Shown one piece after another: positions 1 to 11,300 of a stretch of DNA of 64,000 nt. Origin of the DNA: Ostreococcus lucimarinus (lineage: Eukaryota); assembly GCA_000092065.1 (NCBI GenBank), contig CP000581.1; one strand, written 5' to 3'. The first letter of the stretch is position 1, and each line of letters begins with the position of its first letter. Under the pieces are notes generated by a model. The model saw only the letters and a list, made by a program, of their open reading frames with translations. It was not told the origin of the DNA and did not search any database. The translations under genes were made by a program, and so were the position numbers.

Positions 1-1339
1 TACTGAGTGGTTTGGGTTTCGATCGAATCAAGTCAACCGCCTGACCGAGAGTTTTATACGGCAAGACACACAAAATCGGCGCGAAGAGCTCCGCGTTCAT
101 GAACGGTGACTTTTCGCTGGCGCACTTTACCACTGTTGGTTCAACCATGCGCCTTGTGACGTCATATCCTCCGCCGCATATGATCTGATCGCCCTCAACG
201 CCCGATTTCGCGTCGTCGAGCATCTTGCCAATCTTTGCCATCCGAGATGCCGGGTTAGGACCACCGATGCGCGCCATGGCGCCATCGACGGACGCGTCCG
301 GAACGAAGCGATTTGCCCATGTCTTACACAACTCCATGAAGCGGTCGGCGCGTGATTCATGACAAATCACGTACTCTGGTGCGATGCATTGTTGGCCGCA
401 ATTGATTGTGCGACCCCACATGCACTGCTTCGCCGCTATGTTGAGGTCCGCGCAATCTGTGACGACGACAGGATTCTTTCCTCCTAGCTCGAGCACCGTC
501 GGCGTCAAATTTTCGGCAGCGGCGCGCGCGACTATCTTCCCCACGGTCGTGGATCCAGTGAAAAATATCATGTCAAACTTTTCCTTCAGAACGGTCTGCA
601 TGACGTCTATTCCATCCCCTTTCACCTCGCTCCCTACGCACTGCACCACGCGCGGGTCGCAATACTGCCGCAACAACTTCACCAACAATGCCGTCGACAC
701 CGCACTTTCGTTCGATGGCTTCAACACCACAGTGTTCCCAGCCGCAATCGCGCCAGCCAACGGCACCAGACTCAACATGAATGGGAAATTCCAACTCGAG
801 CACACCAACGCGCAACCGCGTGGCTGCTTCTCCGTCCACTGACTCGAAGGCCACGTGATCAATCGCTGCGTCCACACCCTGCGTCTCCCCGTCCACGCGC
901 GCAGGTTATTCACCATCGCTTTAATCTCCGATCGAGGCAGTATCACATCGTAATACAACGCCTCCACGCCGACTCGAGACAAATCTTCTCGCAGCGCCGC
1001 CAACATCTCGGCTTCGTGCTCGCGAATCATCTTCAGCAGCGCCATGAGCTGCTGTCGCCGTTTCTGCAGCGGGAGCGACAACCCTGCCGCGAAACACGCG
1101 CGCATATCTTCACACACGTCTGGGATCTCGCTCAGCGTCGGTCCGCGCGCGACTTTCGCGGCGTCGTCGACGAATTTCAGCGTCAATCCGGGCAGTTGAA
1201 AGTATTGCGATTTCTTCGCGTACACCCCCGGCGTGGCGAAGAACCGAGCGATGAAGACGCATAGCAGCGCGACGATCACGGCCAGCACGTCGATTGCCAC
1301 CTCGCCGTTCTCTTCGACGTCGTAAAAAAAGTCGAGCAT
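1..1339 (-). CDS. Aldehyde dehydrogenase, ALDH3 (fatty aldehyde dehydrogenase-like) family. The C-terminal part runs off the left edge of the window.
   Basis: Manual minus-strand translation from the ATG at 1339 gives one continuous frame: MLDFFYDVEENGEVAIDVLAVIVALL...WNFPFMLSLVPLAGAIAAGNTVVLKPS...FFTGSTTVGKIVARAAAENLTPTVLELGGKNPVVV...NCGQQCIAPEYVICHE...ELFAPILCVLP. These match the ALDH motifs WNYP, GAIAAGN, ELGGK, GQxCxAPDY and EIFGP. The ORF is absent from the track because it is truncated at the edge. Track ORFs 573..896(-) and 384..842(+) are out-of-frame or antisense overlaps. Confidence 0.8.
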   Translation of the reverse strand, partial: MLDFFYDVEENGEVAIDVLAVIVALLCVFIARFFATPGVYAKKSQYFQLPGLTLKFVDDAAKVARGPTLSEIPDVCEDMRACFAAGLSLPLQKRRQQLMALLKMIREHEAEMLAALREDLSRVGVEALYYDVILPRSEIKAMVNNLRAWTGRRRVWTQRLITWPSSQWTEKQPRGCALVCSSWNFPFMLSLVPLAGAIAAGNTVVLKPSNESAVSTALLVKLLRQYCDPRVVQCVGSEVKGDGIDVMQTVLKEKFDMIFFTGSTTVGKIVARAAAENLTPTVLELGGKNPVVVTDCADLNIAAKQCMWGRTINCGQQCIAPEYVICHESRADRFMELCKTWANRFVPDASVDGAMARIGGPNPASRMAKIGKMLDDAKSGVEGDQIICGGGYDVTRRMVEPTVVKCASEKSPFMNAELFAPILCVLPYKTLGQAVDLIRSKPKPLS

Positions 1340-1485
1340 CGCGCGAAGGCTCACGCGAGCGCGCGAGTGCGGCAATCTGTCAAAGCAAAGCGCGACTACG
1401 AGCGAGAGGCGGGGTCATCGGTTACATATGAATAGCTGCGTCTCGATTTACAAAATCATCGCGGTGTGAGCGATGTGACGATGCG

Positions 1486-2352
1486 TTAGTTTTTCGCCGC
1501 CTTTTCCGCTTGCGGTCGGCCCTCGACGCGTCCAAACTCAGCGACGGTGCAACCGAGCGCCTCGAGATTTTGGAGAACGTACTTGTCGTCGACCGACGGG
1601 AACTCGGCGAGACCGGTGGGCAAATGCATGATGCACTCCAAAACGATATCCTTGCCGGATCGGTACTCGTCCATGTGACTCAACGTCACCCCCTTGGAGC
1701 ATAAGAATTCGGTGATTTCGTTCACCACGCCCTTTTTGAACGGCACGCTCATCGTCGCTTTACGCACATACGGCAAGAGCGGGGACGTCTCGCAGTACGG
1801 ACCCTTGATGTCTTGCACCGTGTTTTTCGCCGGAAACACGGAAAAGAAATCAAACACTTGTCCCTCGAATTGCTTTTTAAGCGCCATCGGGTCCACGTTC
1901 GTCACCAAGAACATGTTCGAAGCCCGACCGCCGAGTCGGACGTTGCGCGACTCCTTAATCTCTGCCCCCGACGCTTCGATCATGCGGTGCACCTCACTGA
2001 CGGGTTTTTGAGCTCCAATCATCGTCACCAGAAGCGGCGCGTCCGCGCTGGCCGCGAACGCGCGCGTCCCCGCGACGCGCGTTCCGATGGTTTGTCCAAG
2101 ACTCATCAGCGCGTTATCCACAAAAGACGCGCCCTCGGCGCGTCGCAACGCGCCCGCGGCGCGTCGGCACGCGTGACGCGCGGCGTACATAATTCGATGC
2201 GCGCTTCGATGCGGGCGATCGTCGTCGCGCGCGCGCGTCGCAGAATATCGCGCGTTCGACGAAGAAAATACCCGATTGAGCCCCCTCTCGAACGCGACGA
2301 TCCGCCGGAAAACGCGACGCGCGCGACCGCGCGAGGACGAGCGCGCCGGCAT
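1486..2352 (-). CDS. ACT-domain repeat protein with a probable organelle-targeting presequence. An internal Met at ~2190 is the more likely start.
   Basis: 288-aa ORF. The central and C-terminal part (LLVTMIGAQKPVSEVHRMIEASGAEIKES...; VLECIMHLPTGLAEFPSVDDKYVLQNLEALGCTVAEFG) resembles tandem ACT/regulatory ligand-binding folds. The N-terminus is Arg-rich. The track start codon at 2350-2352 shares the palindrome CATG with the COQ5 ATG at 2351, so the upstream-most start is doubtful. Confidence 0.4.
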   Translation of the reverse strand: MPARSSSRGRARRVFRRIVAFERGLNRVFSSSNARYSATRARDDDRPHRSAHRIMYAARHACRRAAGALRRAEGASFVDNALMSLGQTIGTRVAGTRAFAASADAPLLVTMIGAQKPVSEVHRMIEASGAEIKESRNVRLGGRASNMFLVTNVDPMALKKQFEGQVFDFFSVFPAKNTVQDIKGPYCETSPLLPYVRKATMSVPFKKGVVNEITEFLCSKGVTLSHMDEYRSGKDIVLECIMHLPTGLAEFPSVDDKYVLQNLEALGCTVAEFGRVEGRPQAEKAAKN

Positions 2353-3304
2353 GGCGCTCCGAGTGTTCGCGTCGAGATGTGCGCGCGGCGCGGCGCGCGT
2401 CTCGAGCGCGCGCGCGTTCGCGACGTCGCCGTCAACGACGGCGGACGAACCGCCGACGACAGCGGACGAAGCGTCGACGTCGTCGACGCATCGCGGCGAA
2501 GCGAAGACGGCGAGCTTCGGTTACGTCGAAGTCGACGCTCGGGAGAAGGAATCGCTCGTCAGGGGGGTGTTCGAGCGCGTGGCGCCGTCGTACGACGTGA
2601 TGAATGATTTGATGTCCGCGGGCGTGCACAGGCTGTGGAAGGATTACTTTGTGAGTAAAGTTGGCGTGTTCGCGGGGATGACGCACTTGGACGTCGCGGG
2701 AGGGACTGGGGACATCGCGTTTCGCGTGCTGCGAGCGCTGCAGAGAGTTGAGCGCGAGGCTGAGCTCGATGGCCAGGTTTTGGATGCGAATACGCGAGGT
2801 AAAGTCGTGGTGAGCGACATCAACCCGGCGATGTTGCGCGAGGGGATGAAACGAGCCACGCAGCGTGGGTTGAATCAAGAGCAATTAACCTGGCTGGAGG
2901 GCAACGCGGAAAAATTGCCCGTCGAGGACGAGTCCGTCGATGTGTACACGATCGCGTTCGGGTTGAGAAACGTAACGGATACGAGGGCGGCGATCGCAGA
3001 CGCCTACCGATGTCTGAAACCCGGAGGAAAGTACATGATTTTGGAGTTCAGTCACGTCGAGAACGAAATTCTTAAGCAAGTGTATGACTTTTATAGCTTC
3101 AACGTGATTCCAAAGCTCGGTGAGCTAGTCGCACGCGATAGAGGATCATATCAGTACTTGGTGGAAAGCATCAGGAAGTTTCCACCACAGGAAAAGTTGA
3201 AATCCATGATGCGAGACGTCGGCTTTAAGCACGTGAGTCATGAAAACTTGACCGGAGGTATGGTGGCCGTACACACCGGCTACAAGACCAAGGATCGAAT
3301 TTAG
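2351..3304 (+). CDS. COQ5: 2-methoxy-6-polyprenyl-1,4-benzoquinol methyltransferase (COQ5/UbiE family), with a mitochondrial-type presequence.
   Basis: ATG at 2351 (MALRVFASRC...). Canonical UbiE/COQ5 signature VFERVAPSYDVMNDLMSAGVHRLWKDY, SAM-binding motif LDVAGGTGDIAF, and the C-terminal LKPGGKYMILEFSHVENEILKQVYDFYSFNVIPKLGELVARDRGSYQYLVESIRKFP block. Confidence 0.85.
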   Translation: MALRVFASRCARGAARVSSARAFATSPSTTADEPPTTADEASTSSTHRGEAKTASFGYVEVDAREKESLVRGVFERVAPSYDVMNDLMSAGVHRLWKDYFVSKVGVFAGMTHLDVAGGTGDIAFRVLRALQRVEREAELDGQVLDANTRGKVVVSDINPAMLREGMKRATQRGLNQEQLTWLEGNAEKLPVEDESVDVYTIAFGLRNVTDTRAAIADAYRCLKPGGKYMILEFSHVENEILKQVYDFYSFNVIPKLGELVARDRGSYQYLVESIRKFPPQEKLKSMMRDVGFKHVSHENLTGGMVAVHTGYKTKDRI

Positions 3305-3337
3305 CATTTCTTCAGTTTTAAAACAAGCAAAGCATTT

Positions 3338-5011
3338 TTAAAGCGACGCTTCGGAATCGACGAATGCGAAAGGATCGAAATCTTCGTCGTCAGCCTCCAT
3401 GGCCAACGCGCGAACCTCATTCTTGAGTTCTTTCTTCGACCTTTTAGTCGTTTTCGCCTTCTTACGCGCAAGCGGTATTGCCGTCATCGGTCGCTTTGAA
3501 GCGATGGGCACTCGCTCATCCGGCGGAGACTCTTCGTCTTGACGAGGTTGAGGCCGCGAACGCGCCCGCCGCTTGCTCGAACCGAGATGCGGCGTCGGGA
3601 GTGCTTCTTCTCTTTGAGAACCCAATGATTTAGGACCCGAACGCTGCTTCGATCTCTGCTTGGGTGGTTTGGGCACTTCAAGTTCCTCATCGACAGTCTC
3701 ACGCGAACGTCGTAGCTCTTCGCGAAGTTCGTTGATCGAAGTCTCGAGCAAATCAATCTTTTCGTTTTTCGCCGCAAGCTGACGCGCATGCTCCTCGTCC
3801 TTCTTGTTGATCCATTCTTTGTTTTGCTTCGTCAGCAATTCTATTTGCTTTTCCATTTTTTCGTTCACTTTGGTTTCGTGCAGTTTATTCGTCGCCTCGT
3901 GTTTGCGCTCGAGAGCTTCGTACTCCTCTTTGAGTCGCGTTCGAGTCGACTCGATTTCAGCCGTCAAAGCTTCGATTTTTTCACGCTGTTCGGCACCAGA
4001 CGTTTCAAGCTTTTTATTTTGAGCGTGAAACATCTCACGTTCTTCCTCGGCGTGCTTCAGTTTCATCGCTAGATCGAGCTTTGCCTCATCTGCTTCAGCG
4101 ATTTTCTCCCTCATTGATTCGACTTGTTCGTTCATCTCCATTTCCGCTTGGTCTACTTTTTTCTTGTTTTCAGCATTTTCAGCTTTGATGGTGGCGAGCG
4201 ATCGCTTGATTTTATCGAGCTCTTTTGTTCTAGCAGCTAGTTGCGGCGTCAGCTCGTGTATCTGGCGCTCAAGTTCGACTTGCTTTTCTTCCCAACTGCT
4301 CGTTTGAGCCTGTGCGGCTGCCGACTTTTCACGCTCCCGTTCGAGCTCGTCGTCTTTCGCCGCTAGTTGCTTCTCCACTATTCGCAACTTTTCATCATGA
4401 AGCGATCGCAAACTTTTCTCTATCTTCTCGTGTTCCTGCTCGAGCCGCTTCATCATTTGCTCCTTCGTTTGCACGACTTCTTCGCTAGCTTTGAGTTGGA
4501 TTTCGACTTTGGCGGAGCGATCGCTCAAGGCGTTCAACTGCGTGTTCAGCGTCTCCTTTTCCGTCTCGAGCGCATTCAAGCGGACGTTCGCGTTGTCCAA
4601 TTTCAACTGCATTTCGCCCATATCAGCGCTCAACTTGCGCGTATGTCGCTTCATTCGATCGCACTCTTCCTTCTTCAACGCCAACTCTTCGGAGATCGAC
4701 GACACCCGCTCCATCATTTCCTTGTCATCCTTCAAGCGATCCTCCACCAATTTCGAGGACACGTCGTAATTTCCTTTCGCCTCCTCCAGTAAGACCCCCG
4801 CGCGCGCCTGGTTGGCTTTGATATCGTGTATGATCTCCTCCAACTCCTGCTGCTTCATCAACAATTCTCTTCGCTCTCGCTTTCCGCTCTCCAACGTCGC
4901 CTTCAAAGCCGCGCACTGCGCCAACGCCGCGCCGCGTTCGTGTTCTAATCGCTGGATCTCCTCTCTCTGTTCCTCGTTCATGCGCTTCAGATCATCGCTC
5001 GCAGCCTTCAT
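3338..5011 (-). CDS. Long coiled-coil protein of unknown function.
   Basis: 557-aa ORF from the ATG at 5011 (MKAASDDLKRMNEEQREEIQRLE...). Heptad-rich K/E/L/Q composition throughout, acidic C-terminus (DDEDFDPFAFVDSEASL). The coding strand has visibly lower GC than the antisense junk ORFs around it. Confidence 0.5.
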   Translation of the reverse strand: MKAASDDLKRMNEEQREEIQRLEHERGAALAQCAALKATLESGKRERRELLMKQQELEEIIHDIKANQARAGVLLEEAKGNYDVSSKLVEDRLKDDKEMMERVSSISEELALKKEECDRMKRHTRKLSADMGEMQLKLDNANVRLNALETEKETLNTQLNALSDRSAKVEIQLKASEEVVQTKEQMMKRLEQEHEKIEKSLRSLHDEKLRIVEKQLAAKDDELEREREKSAAAQAQTSSWEEKQVELERQIHELTPQLAARTKELDKIKRSLATIKAENAENKKKVDQAEMEMNEQVESMREKIAEADEAKLDLAMKLKHAEEEREMFHAQNKKLETSGAEQREKIEALTAEIESTRTRLKEEYEALERKHEATNKLHETKVNEKMEKQIELLTKQNKEWINKKDEEHARQLAAKNEKIDLLETSINELREELRRSRETVDEELEVPKPPKQRSKQRSGPKSLGSQREEALPTPHLGSSKRRARSRPQPRQDEESPPDERVPIASKRPMTAIPLARKKAKTTKRSKKELKNEVRALAMEADDEDFDPFAFVDSEASL

Positions 5012-5598
5012 CGCGATGTATTCCGACGCAATCCGTCCTACGCCGAGCGCGAGCGTGGCGATCGTCCGTCAGTCAGATCTGCCCGTCGTCCGTCGTCGAT
5101 CGGCGTGGCGCGCGTTCTCGGACAAAACGAGGCACCCGAGCGCGCACCAGTCTCCGCGCGTAACCCCGTGAGCGTGCCCGTCGCCTGGCTCGTCGGTGCG
5201 CTCAAAACGGTCGTGCGAGAAAACGAACGCATCTCCATCCGATCGCCGCGCGGCTCCGCGCTCGCGAACGCGAGTTCTCGTCCGCGAGCGCTCGCGGATG
5301 GGAGCTGCAATGAGGACGGTCGAGGCGCGACGTGTTTGCGAGCGACGTCGTCGACGACGCGCGGATGCGACATGGCGCGTCGGGCGAGAATCAACGGTAT
5401 CGGTCGAGACCTGTCTTCTATTCGAGCGTTGTCTCGCGCGCGTTGGTGCGCGTTGCGTCGAGTTGTGCGCGCTCGCGCGCGCGCGGTCTCGGAAGTGTCA
5501 GATCGTGAATAATCTTACTGTACGGTGCTAAATTTCGTTTGTTGGCGCCGAATGACGACGTCGTTTTCTATGTATGTGCGCGCTTGGAGCTCGAGCTG

Positions 5599-7386
5599 CT
5601 AGCGCTTCTCATCGCGCTTGCTCTGATCCTGCTTGGAGGATCCGCCGGTCCAGCCCGCCGGCTTTTGTTGCCCGCCGCCGCTCCCGCCGGCGGCCCAACC
5701 AGCCGTCTTACTGCCGCGATAACCGCTGTACGATCCACCGCTCGCGCCAGTTTTGATGTTCAAATTTGAGTAGCTTCCAGTCTTACCGCCTAAACTGTTC
5801 AAGCCACCGCCTATACTTCCGAATCCTCCCAAAGCGTTGCCGCCGCGATTGGCGTAAGACTGGTGCTGCTGCGGCGGACCACTTGACCAACCAGCAGCGG
5901 ACGACCCTGCGCCGTATCGACCACTGGGTGCAGATGGCACGCCCGGACGGCCACTACCACCAGGAGGCGGGCGACCACCTCCGGGCGGTCGTGGACCGCC
6001 AGGGCCGGGGCCTCGTCTCATATCCGTCGGAGGCGGAGGCGCTCTGCCGTCGTCGGTGCGTTGTCTCTTATTCTGCTGCTCCGCCGCGGCGCGCTTTGCC
6101 TCTTGACGGCGCTTTTTCGTTTGGAACTCGTGCGAAGGCTCGTACCGAGGCAGGTCTTCAGGCTCGCACGCGATCGGATCTTCCCAGAACCAATCTGAAT
6201 CTAAAGCTTGAATCGCCGTGATCCGCTTTGCCGGATCTAACGTCAAGAAACGCTCGACCAAATCCTTCGCGCTCGGGGAAAACCGGGCGAAAACTTCGCG
6301 CAGTCTTCGCGGATAATGCTTCTTTTGCTTGAAATGTTTCGCGTACGGCAGCTTGTCGGCGTCCGGCCAGTTCTCCGGCGTCGGAGTACCGCAGAGCCTA
6401 AAGATGAGATCCAGTTGTTCCATCTCGCCTTTCCCAGGAAGAATCGGTTTTCCGTGCACGAGTTCGGCGAAAATGCAACCCGCACTCCACATGTCGACGC
6501 TCGGACCGTACTGTGTCGCACCGAGTAACAGCTCGGGCGGACGATACCAAAGTGTGATGACTCGGTTCGTCAGCGGATTTGCGTTTTCGTTCGTAATCGA
6601 CTTCGCCAAACCAAAATCCGCCAGCTTCAGCACCCCGTTGTTGTTGATGAGCAAGTTACTTCCTTTGATATCGCGATGAAGAATATTGTTGATGTGACAG
6701 TAATGCAAACCCGTGAGCAGCTGCTTCATGTAACACTTTATCTGCGGCAAGCTAAACTTCATACCTGGCCGTTCCGCCAGCCCGGTGAGGTCGTGATCCA
6801 TGTACTCAAACACCAAGTAAATGCTCCCCTTGTGTCCATTCGACGCGTTCGCCTTAGAGGTGACGATCTCTTTCAAATCAACCACGTTTTTGTGCCGAAG
6901 TTTCTTCAAGATTTTAATCTCTCGAATAGCCGTGATTGGGAACCCTTCCTTCTCGTTGTCCATTCGAATCTTCTTTAGCGCCACGATGTCTTGCGTCTCC
7001 TTGCATCGAGCCATGTACACCTGCGTTAACAACGGAAACACGCTCGTCGGTGAGTCTCTTAGCTCGGGTCGGGCGCGACGGTGCGCGTTCGCGGCGGCGT
7101 CTATGTCTCGTCGCGATCTTCCATTCCTTCCCCTCGCGTTCGCTTTGTTCGCTTCGCGCGCGCGGCTCGCTCGTCACCTCGCACGCACCTGTCCGTACGT
7201 CCCCTCGCCCACTTGTTCGAGCTTCTCGTAGCACTCCACGCTGCGCGCGCCCCAGTTTTCGTAGCGACGCGGCGTCACACCGCCTTGCGCCGCGGTGGAT
7301 CTGTTGGCGGCGTCGACTTCGTTTCGTGCGCGCGCCGGCGCGCTCGCGCCCGGGGCGGCGTGCGGACCGCCTTGAGGTCCCGCCAT
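5599..7386 (-). CDS. CDKC: Cyclin-dependent kinase of the CDKC/CDK9-like class (PITAIRE motif). Two exons: complement(7189..7386) and complement(5599..7020).
   Basis: Exon 1 (ATG at 7386) ends ...YEKLEQVGEGTYGQ, followed by a GTGCGT donor. Exon 2 begins VYMARCKETQDIVALKKIRMDNEKEGFPITAIREIKILKKL after the acceptor ...gttaacgcag. Together they restore the glycine loop GEGTYGQVY and the PITAIRE helix. HRDIKGSNLL, DFGLA and WYRPPE are present. Low-complexity Gly/Pro/Ser-rich C-terminal tail. Confidence 0.85.
7021..7188 (-). other. Spliceosomal intron (168 nt) of the CDKC-like gene.
   Basis: Without splicing, the kinase lacks its ATP-binding glycine loop. The donor CAG|GTGCGT and acceptor CGCAG|GTG join the two exon frames exactly. 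Confidence 0.75.
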
Positions 7387-7583
7387 CGCGCTAAGCGGCG
7401 CTGCAACGCGAGTACGGACGCACGGAGGCGCGTCTCGTTCTGAGGATCGCGCGGCCTCGGCGCGTCGAAGCGCGAACGTGGCGCGTCGAGGCGCGCGAAC
7501 GCGACGCGCGGATGCGCGGATGCGCGAATGCGACCGAAGGAGAATACAAAGAAATAATACAGGCAATGCGATGTGCTAGGATG

Positions 7584-8009
7584 CTAATTTGCCAACACGC
7601 TCGCGTACGCGTCCAACGCCTCGTCGAACGCCGCGGACTCGAACGGTTCGAGCGGCGACAGCGCCGGATTCTTCACCACGTACTCGACGTATATGTTGGC
7701 GTATATGTGCCGCATGATGGCTTGGAGATCACCCGCGCGCACGTCCGTTGTGAGCATCATGCGTAACCCGGTGGCGGTTTCGAAGTAGTGCAGCTTGTAG
7801 TTGTTCGTCGTGAATGCATAAAAGTTGCACGCGCCGTGTTCGCCACCCGTCGGGTCCAGCTGGCGCGCGAAATCTTTCAGCGTGAAGAACAGCCCGAACA
7901 GGGTTTTATGTTCGGTGGTTTCATCCCCTCCCGCGCGCTCGCGGGCCCAGTTTCGGTAGTGCATGCACTCGCCTTTGGCGTTGAAGATGTAAAAGGTGAA
8001 GAGCTTCAT
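7584..8009 (-). CDS. TRAPPC1: TRAPP complex subunit 1 (Bet5/TRAPPC1, sybindin-like).
   Basis: Internal ATG at 8009 gives a 141-aa protein MKLFTFYIFNAKGECMHYRNWARE...LFGLFFTLKDFARQLDP...YKLHYFETATGLRMMLTTD...IYVEYVVKNPA, the sybindin/Bet5 fold pattern. The track ORF starts further upstream at 8171 with Arg-rich sequence. Confidence 0.75.
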   Translation of the reverse strand: MKLFTFYIFNAKGECMHYRNWARERAGGDETTEHKTLFGLFFTLKDFARQLDPTGGEHGACNFYAFTTNNYKLHYFETATGLRMMLTTDVRAGDLQAIMRHIYANIYVEYVVKNPALSPLEPFESAAFDEALDAYASVLAN

Positions 8010-8317
8010 CGACGTCGGTCGACGCGCGGCGGCGGCCTCGCTGGCTGTGAGCGATAACAGAAGTCCTCGCGATCGATGTGCGCGTTGCCTGCGCGCGCGA
8101 TCAGCGCCTCGGGTCGAGGCGTGCGGCGCGCACTGCGGGTGCTCGTCGCGCGAGTTTCGGTCGGTTTGCAAAAGCTCTGCGAGATATTACAAGGCGGCGA
8201 GACGCATTTGGCCGTTTAAGACGGCAGAATCGCCCTGGCGCGGCTACAAAATTGCAGAAGATACATGTTGCGGGATGTACAGTCCATTTTGGGACGGATT
8301 TGTGTACAGATAAACTA

Positions 8318-11300
8318 TCATGGGAGCAACGTTTTTACCGTCACCGGTTGCAGACTTGTCAAAGGCGACGGTTTACGCTCCCTACGACCTCGTTGGAACT
8401 GGGGGAATCCAGTCCACTTGTCGTTATTTCTCACCTTGTGAACCTGGAAAGAGTCTGGCGACGCCGGTCGCTCGAACGCATCCGCGTTGTCTGACGCGGC
8501 ATCTTCATAGCTATCTCGTCGGGGACGGTACTTTGGCGATGATGGCCGAGACGAATTCGCCGAGCCATCTGTGTTGACTACGCTCTGTTGCCCTTCGTCC
8601 GAAAGCCTGTACCAGTTCGATCGCATCACCATATCAAGTTCAAGCTTGCCCAGCTTCGCCGCCGCGCTCGCTGCGTCAACTGAGGGTGATACCAATGGCG
8701 CAAGCGCCGGAGCCAAGTTGCCAGGATTCACAGTCGTCGCATTGAACTTCTTCGCGACGGCTGGCACGGCGTCTGTGATGATCCCGAAAACGCCGAGCTC
8801 GACTTGCGTCGACGATGCAGCGACATCATCGTTACCTTCGCCGTATGTAGCGAGAAGTAAACCACTGTCTCGAACATCGGTCGCGTCGGACGGGCGCGAT
8901 ATAATCGCCTTGACGTTCGACACAACGCCACACAAGCCACCTTCGAGCGCGACTTCCATCGCGGCAGCGACTGAACGTCGACGCGGGTCGACGTGATGGG
9001 GCTCGGCATCGGTCAATATCATCACTGGATATGAGCCCTGGATGGCACGCATGAGTAGAGCGGCATCTGGATCGAAAGATGAGAACACGATTCTGCGACT
9101 GGGTTGCGCCATGCAAACCGCTAGAATGGCGCGGAGTTCCGCGACCAAGCGGCGCGTTTCACAGCTGTTCTCTTCGTCGAACTTGAGCTCGATGTTGAAG
9201 CCAAGCTCTTTCGGCGTGTTTCCAAGAATCTGTGCCAAAGTTGGGATCTCATCTTCGACTTCCATGACCCACGGTTGAGGTTCAAGATCGCCGCCGAACA
9301 CGCGATAAAATGTCACCTTGTTGTCGTCTTCGTCGTAATCGTCGTCGTCTTCGTCGTCTTCGTCGTCGGTGGTTAAAGGAACTGTCTTTTCAACACCGAG
9401 GGCGTTGGACGCTCGCGCGGCGGTAGCGCGCGCGGCGCGAGACAGTTCGCGCAGATCCGCCCAGTCAATCTCTCGAACGCTAAACGACTCCAAAGGTCCG
9501 AGTCCGCGACGAATGATGACGACGTCGTCGTGCCAAGCGACGGGAACACCGTCTGCGGTCACTTGAACGTCAAACTCACACCACTCCGCGCCACCAGCAG
9601 AAGCCGCGTTGAACGATGCTAGCGTGTTTTCACGAATACCGGCGCCAGAAGCGCGATTCGCTTGTAAACCTCTGTGCCCGATGACGGCGCAACCGGCGGG
9701 TTCGAACAGTCCCGGAAGATGCGAAGGAAACGGAGTAGAACCAATGATCGGATGACTGACTCGTCGCTGCTCGAACCCTTTCTTCGTGTTCTTCAACCGA
9801 GAGTTCAACGTTGGATCTTTTGCCTGCGCCTCTCGACGTCGAAACGCCAACATGTCTTCGCCGTCCATCGCCCACTCGCGTCGCGTTGCGACGCCGAAAT
9901 GATCGAGAATGGTTGGCGCTATGTCTGTGTCGCACGGTGACGGCAATAACTCACCAGACATTTCAACTCTCGGACCACTTTCAATCAACACCCATCCCGC
10001 GCTGTGTTGCGGTAACTCGAGGAGTCCACTCACACCGTTTGAGCGAAGCTGACGACCGCCGCCGTCGCTCCAATCGTACGCGTCGAATTGGCCTTGCATC
10101 CCGGCGGGCATATCGTGACGACACGTACCGCCTGAAGGCGAGGTGATGACGACGAGCCAATCCTCTTCTCGATGCATCGACTGCCGAGCACGCAAAGCCG
10201 CGATGACTTCGGCAAGCTTACGATCGGCCGATTCGATTGCGTCCATATAAGTGTCGACGTGCGGACCGAAGCCGTGCCTGAAACCGGTGTTTTGAATGTC
10301 GCCCAAATGCAACAGGAGCATGTCAGGCGTCGTCGGTTCCGCAAGACATTTCGCAATCGCTTCACTCGCCTCTGCATCTGTGCTCACGGACGACGCCAAG
10401 AGCGATTTCGTCTCTTTACGAATGATCTTGTCCAGATCTTCAGCCTCGCCTATGGCGCACGCGCCTTTGATCCACGAGCGTGTTTCCTTCAGTCTATCAT
10501 AAATGGACGACAACGTCGCATCTTCGTCTTCATCGATGGCCTTCAACACGCTCACCGATTGCCCCGTGAGTATTGGTAGCATCGGCGAGTTCGCACTCGT
10601 CGAGCACCGCATCGCGCTCGCATTCATGTCGAGCGAGAAGCACGCGTTCTTGTTACCGCGAATAAACGATTTAAGCGTCGGCGTATTCGCGGTGAGCATG
10701 GCGTCCACGCGACATCCCGCAACAGCGACGAGTAAAACCTTTCGGAGCGTCGGCACGGGATGCTCCGGCTGCACGTCCGACGCGCTCTCATCCGACGCAG
10801 ATCCCGCGGCGGCGGGTGTCATCAACATGTCCGCGTCGAGCTCGTCCGCATCCGTGTCCAAGTCTCTGTCGTTGAAGTTGCGGATGAGCTCATCCAAATT
10901 CGAGTCCGGCTTGAACATTCGACCGTCGATCTTGCGATCTTCTTTCGCGCGACACACCGGACAGCGACCAGGGAACAACGCCACTTTGCTCGCCGGCGTC
11001 TTCATGATGGGAGACCCCGTCTCGGCAAGATTTGCGATGTCGTTTAAATTCGTCACCGAAGCCGTCGTGATGAGCGGCGTGCTCGCCGACGGCGCGCTGT
11101 TGATGATGCACTTGAAGCAAAACTTATGTCTGCACGTCGGCAACACCACAGGATTGCTCAGCACCTCCTCGCACACCGGGCATATGGAGTCTTCGAGCAC
11201 CTTTGCCGACTTCGTCGGCGCCGCGTGCACGGCGAGCATTTCGGTCCGAGTCACCAACTTTGCCAACCCGAGCGAATAAAACATCGGCGACTCGCTCAGA

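Noticed and set aside
573-896. Track ORFs 573..896(-) and 127..360(-), which might be read as separate genes or as exons of the ALDH gene.
   Set aside because: Manual translation shows that the ALDH reading frame is continuous from 1339 to the window edge in a third frame, without introns. These two ORFs are frame-shifted overlaps of it.
1813-2607. Long Arg/Ala-rich ORFs in the track. Examples: 1813..2607(+), 5105..5512(+), 11126..12268(+), 11556..12497(-), 13420..14019(+), 16544..17275(-), 19372..20472(+), 19581..20807(+), 21172..21849(+), 24739..25983(-), 26295..27386(-), 36936..37929(+), 37970..38959(-), 44576..46045(+), 47339..49051(+), 54407..55660(+), 62335..63192(-), 62436..63320(-).
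   Set aside because: Their composition (runs of R, A, G, P, S) is typical of random open frames in 65-70% GC DNA. Each lies antisense or out of frame to a well-supported conserved gene. None shows a recognisable domain.
7387-7566. N-terminal extension of the CDK gene to track start 7566, and likewise TRAPPC1 to 8171, clathrin light chain to 30215, the 46988 ORF, and 56337.
   Set aside because: These track starts are TTG, GTG or CTG codons, so the track uses a permissive start table. The extensions are Arg-rich and unconserved. The first ATG that precedes conserved sequence was used instead.
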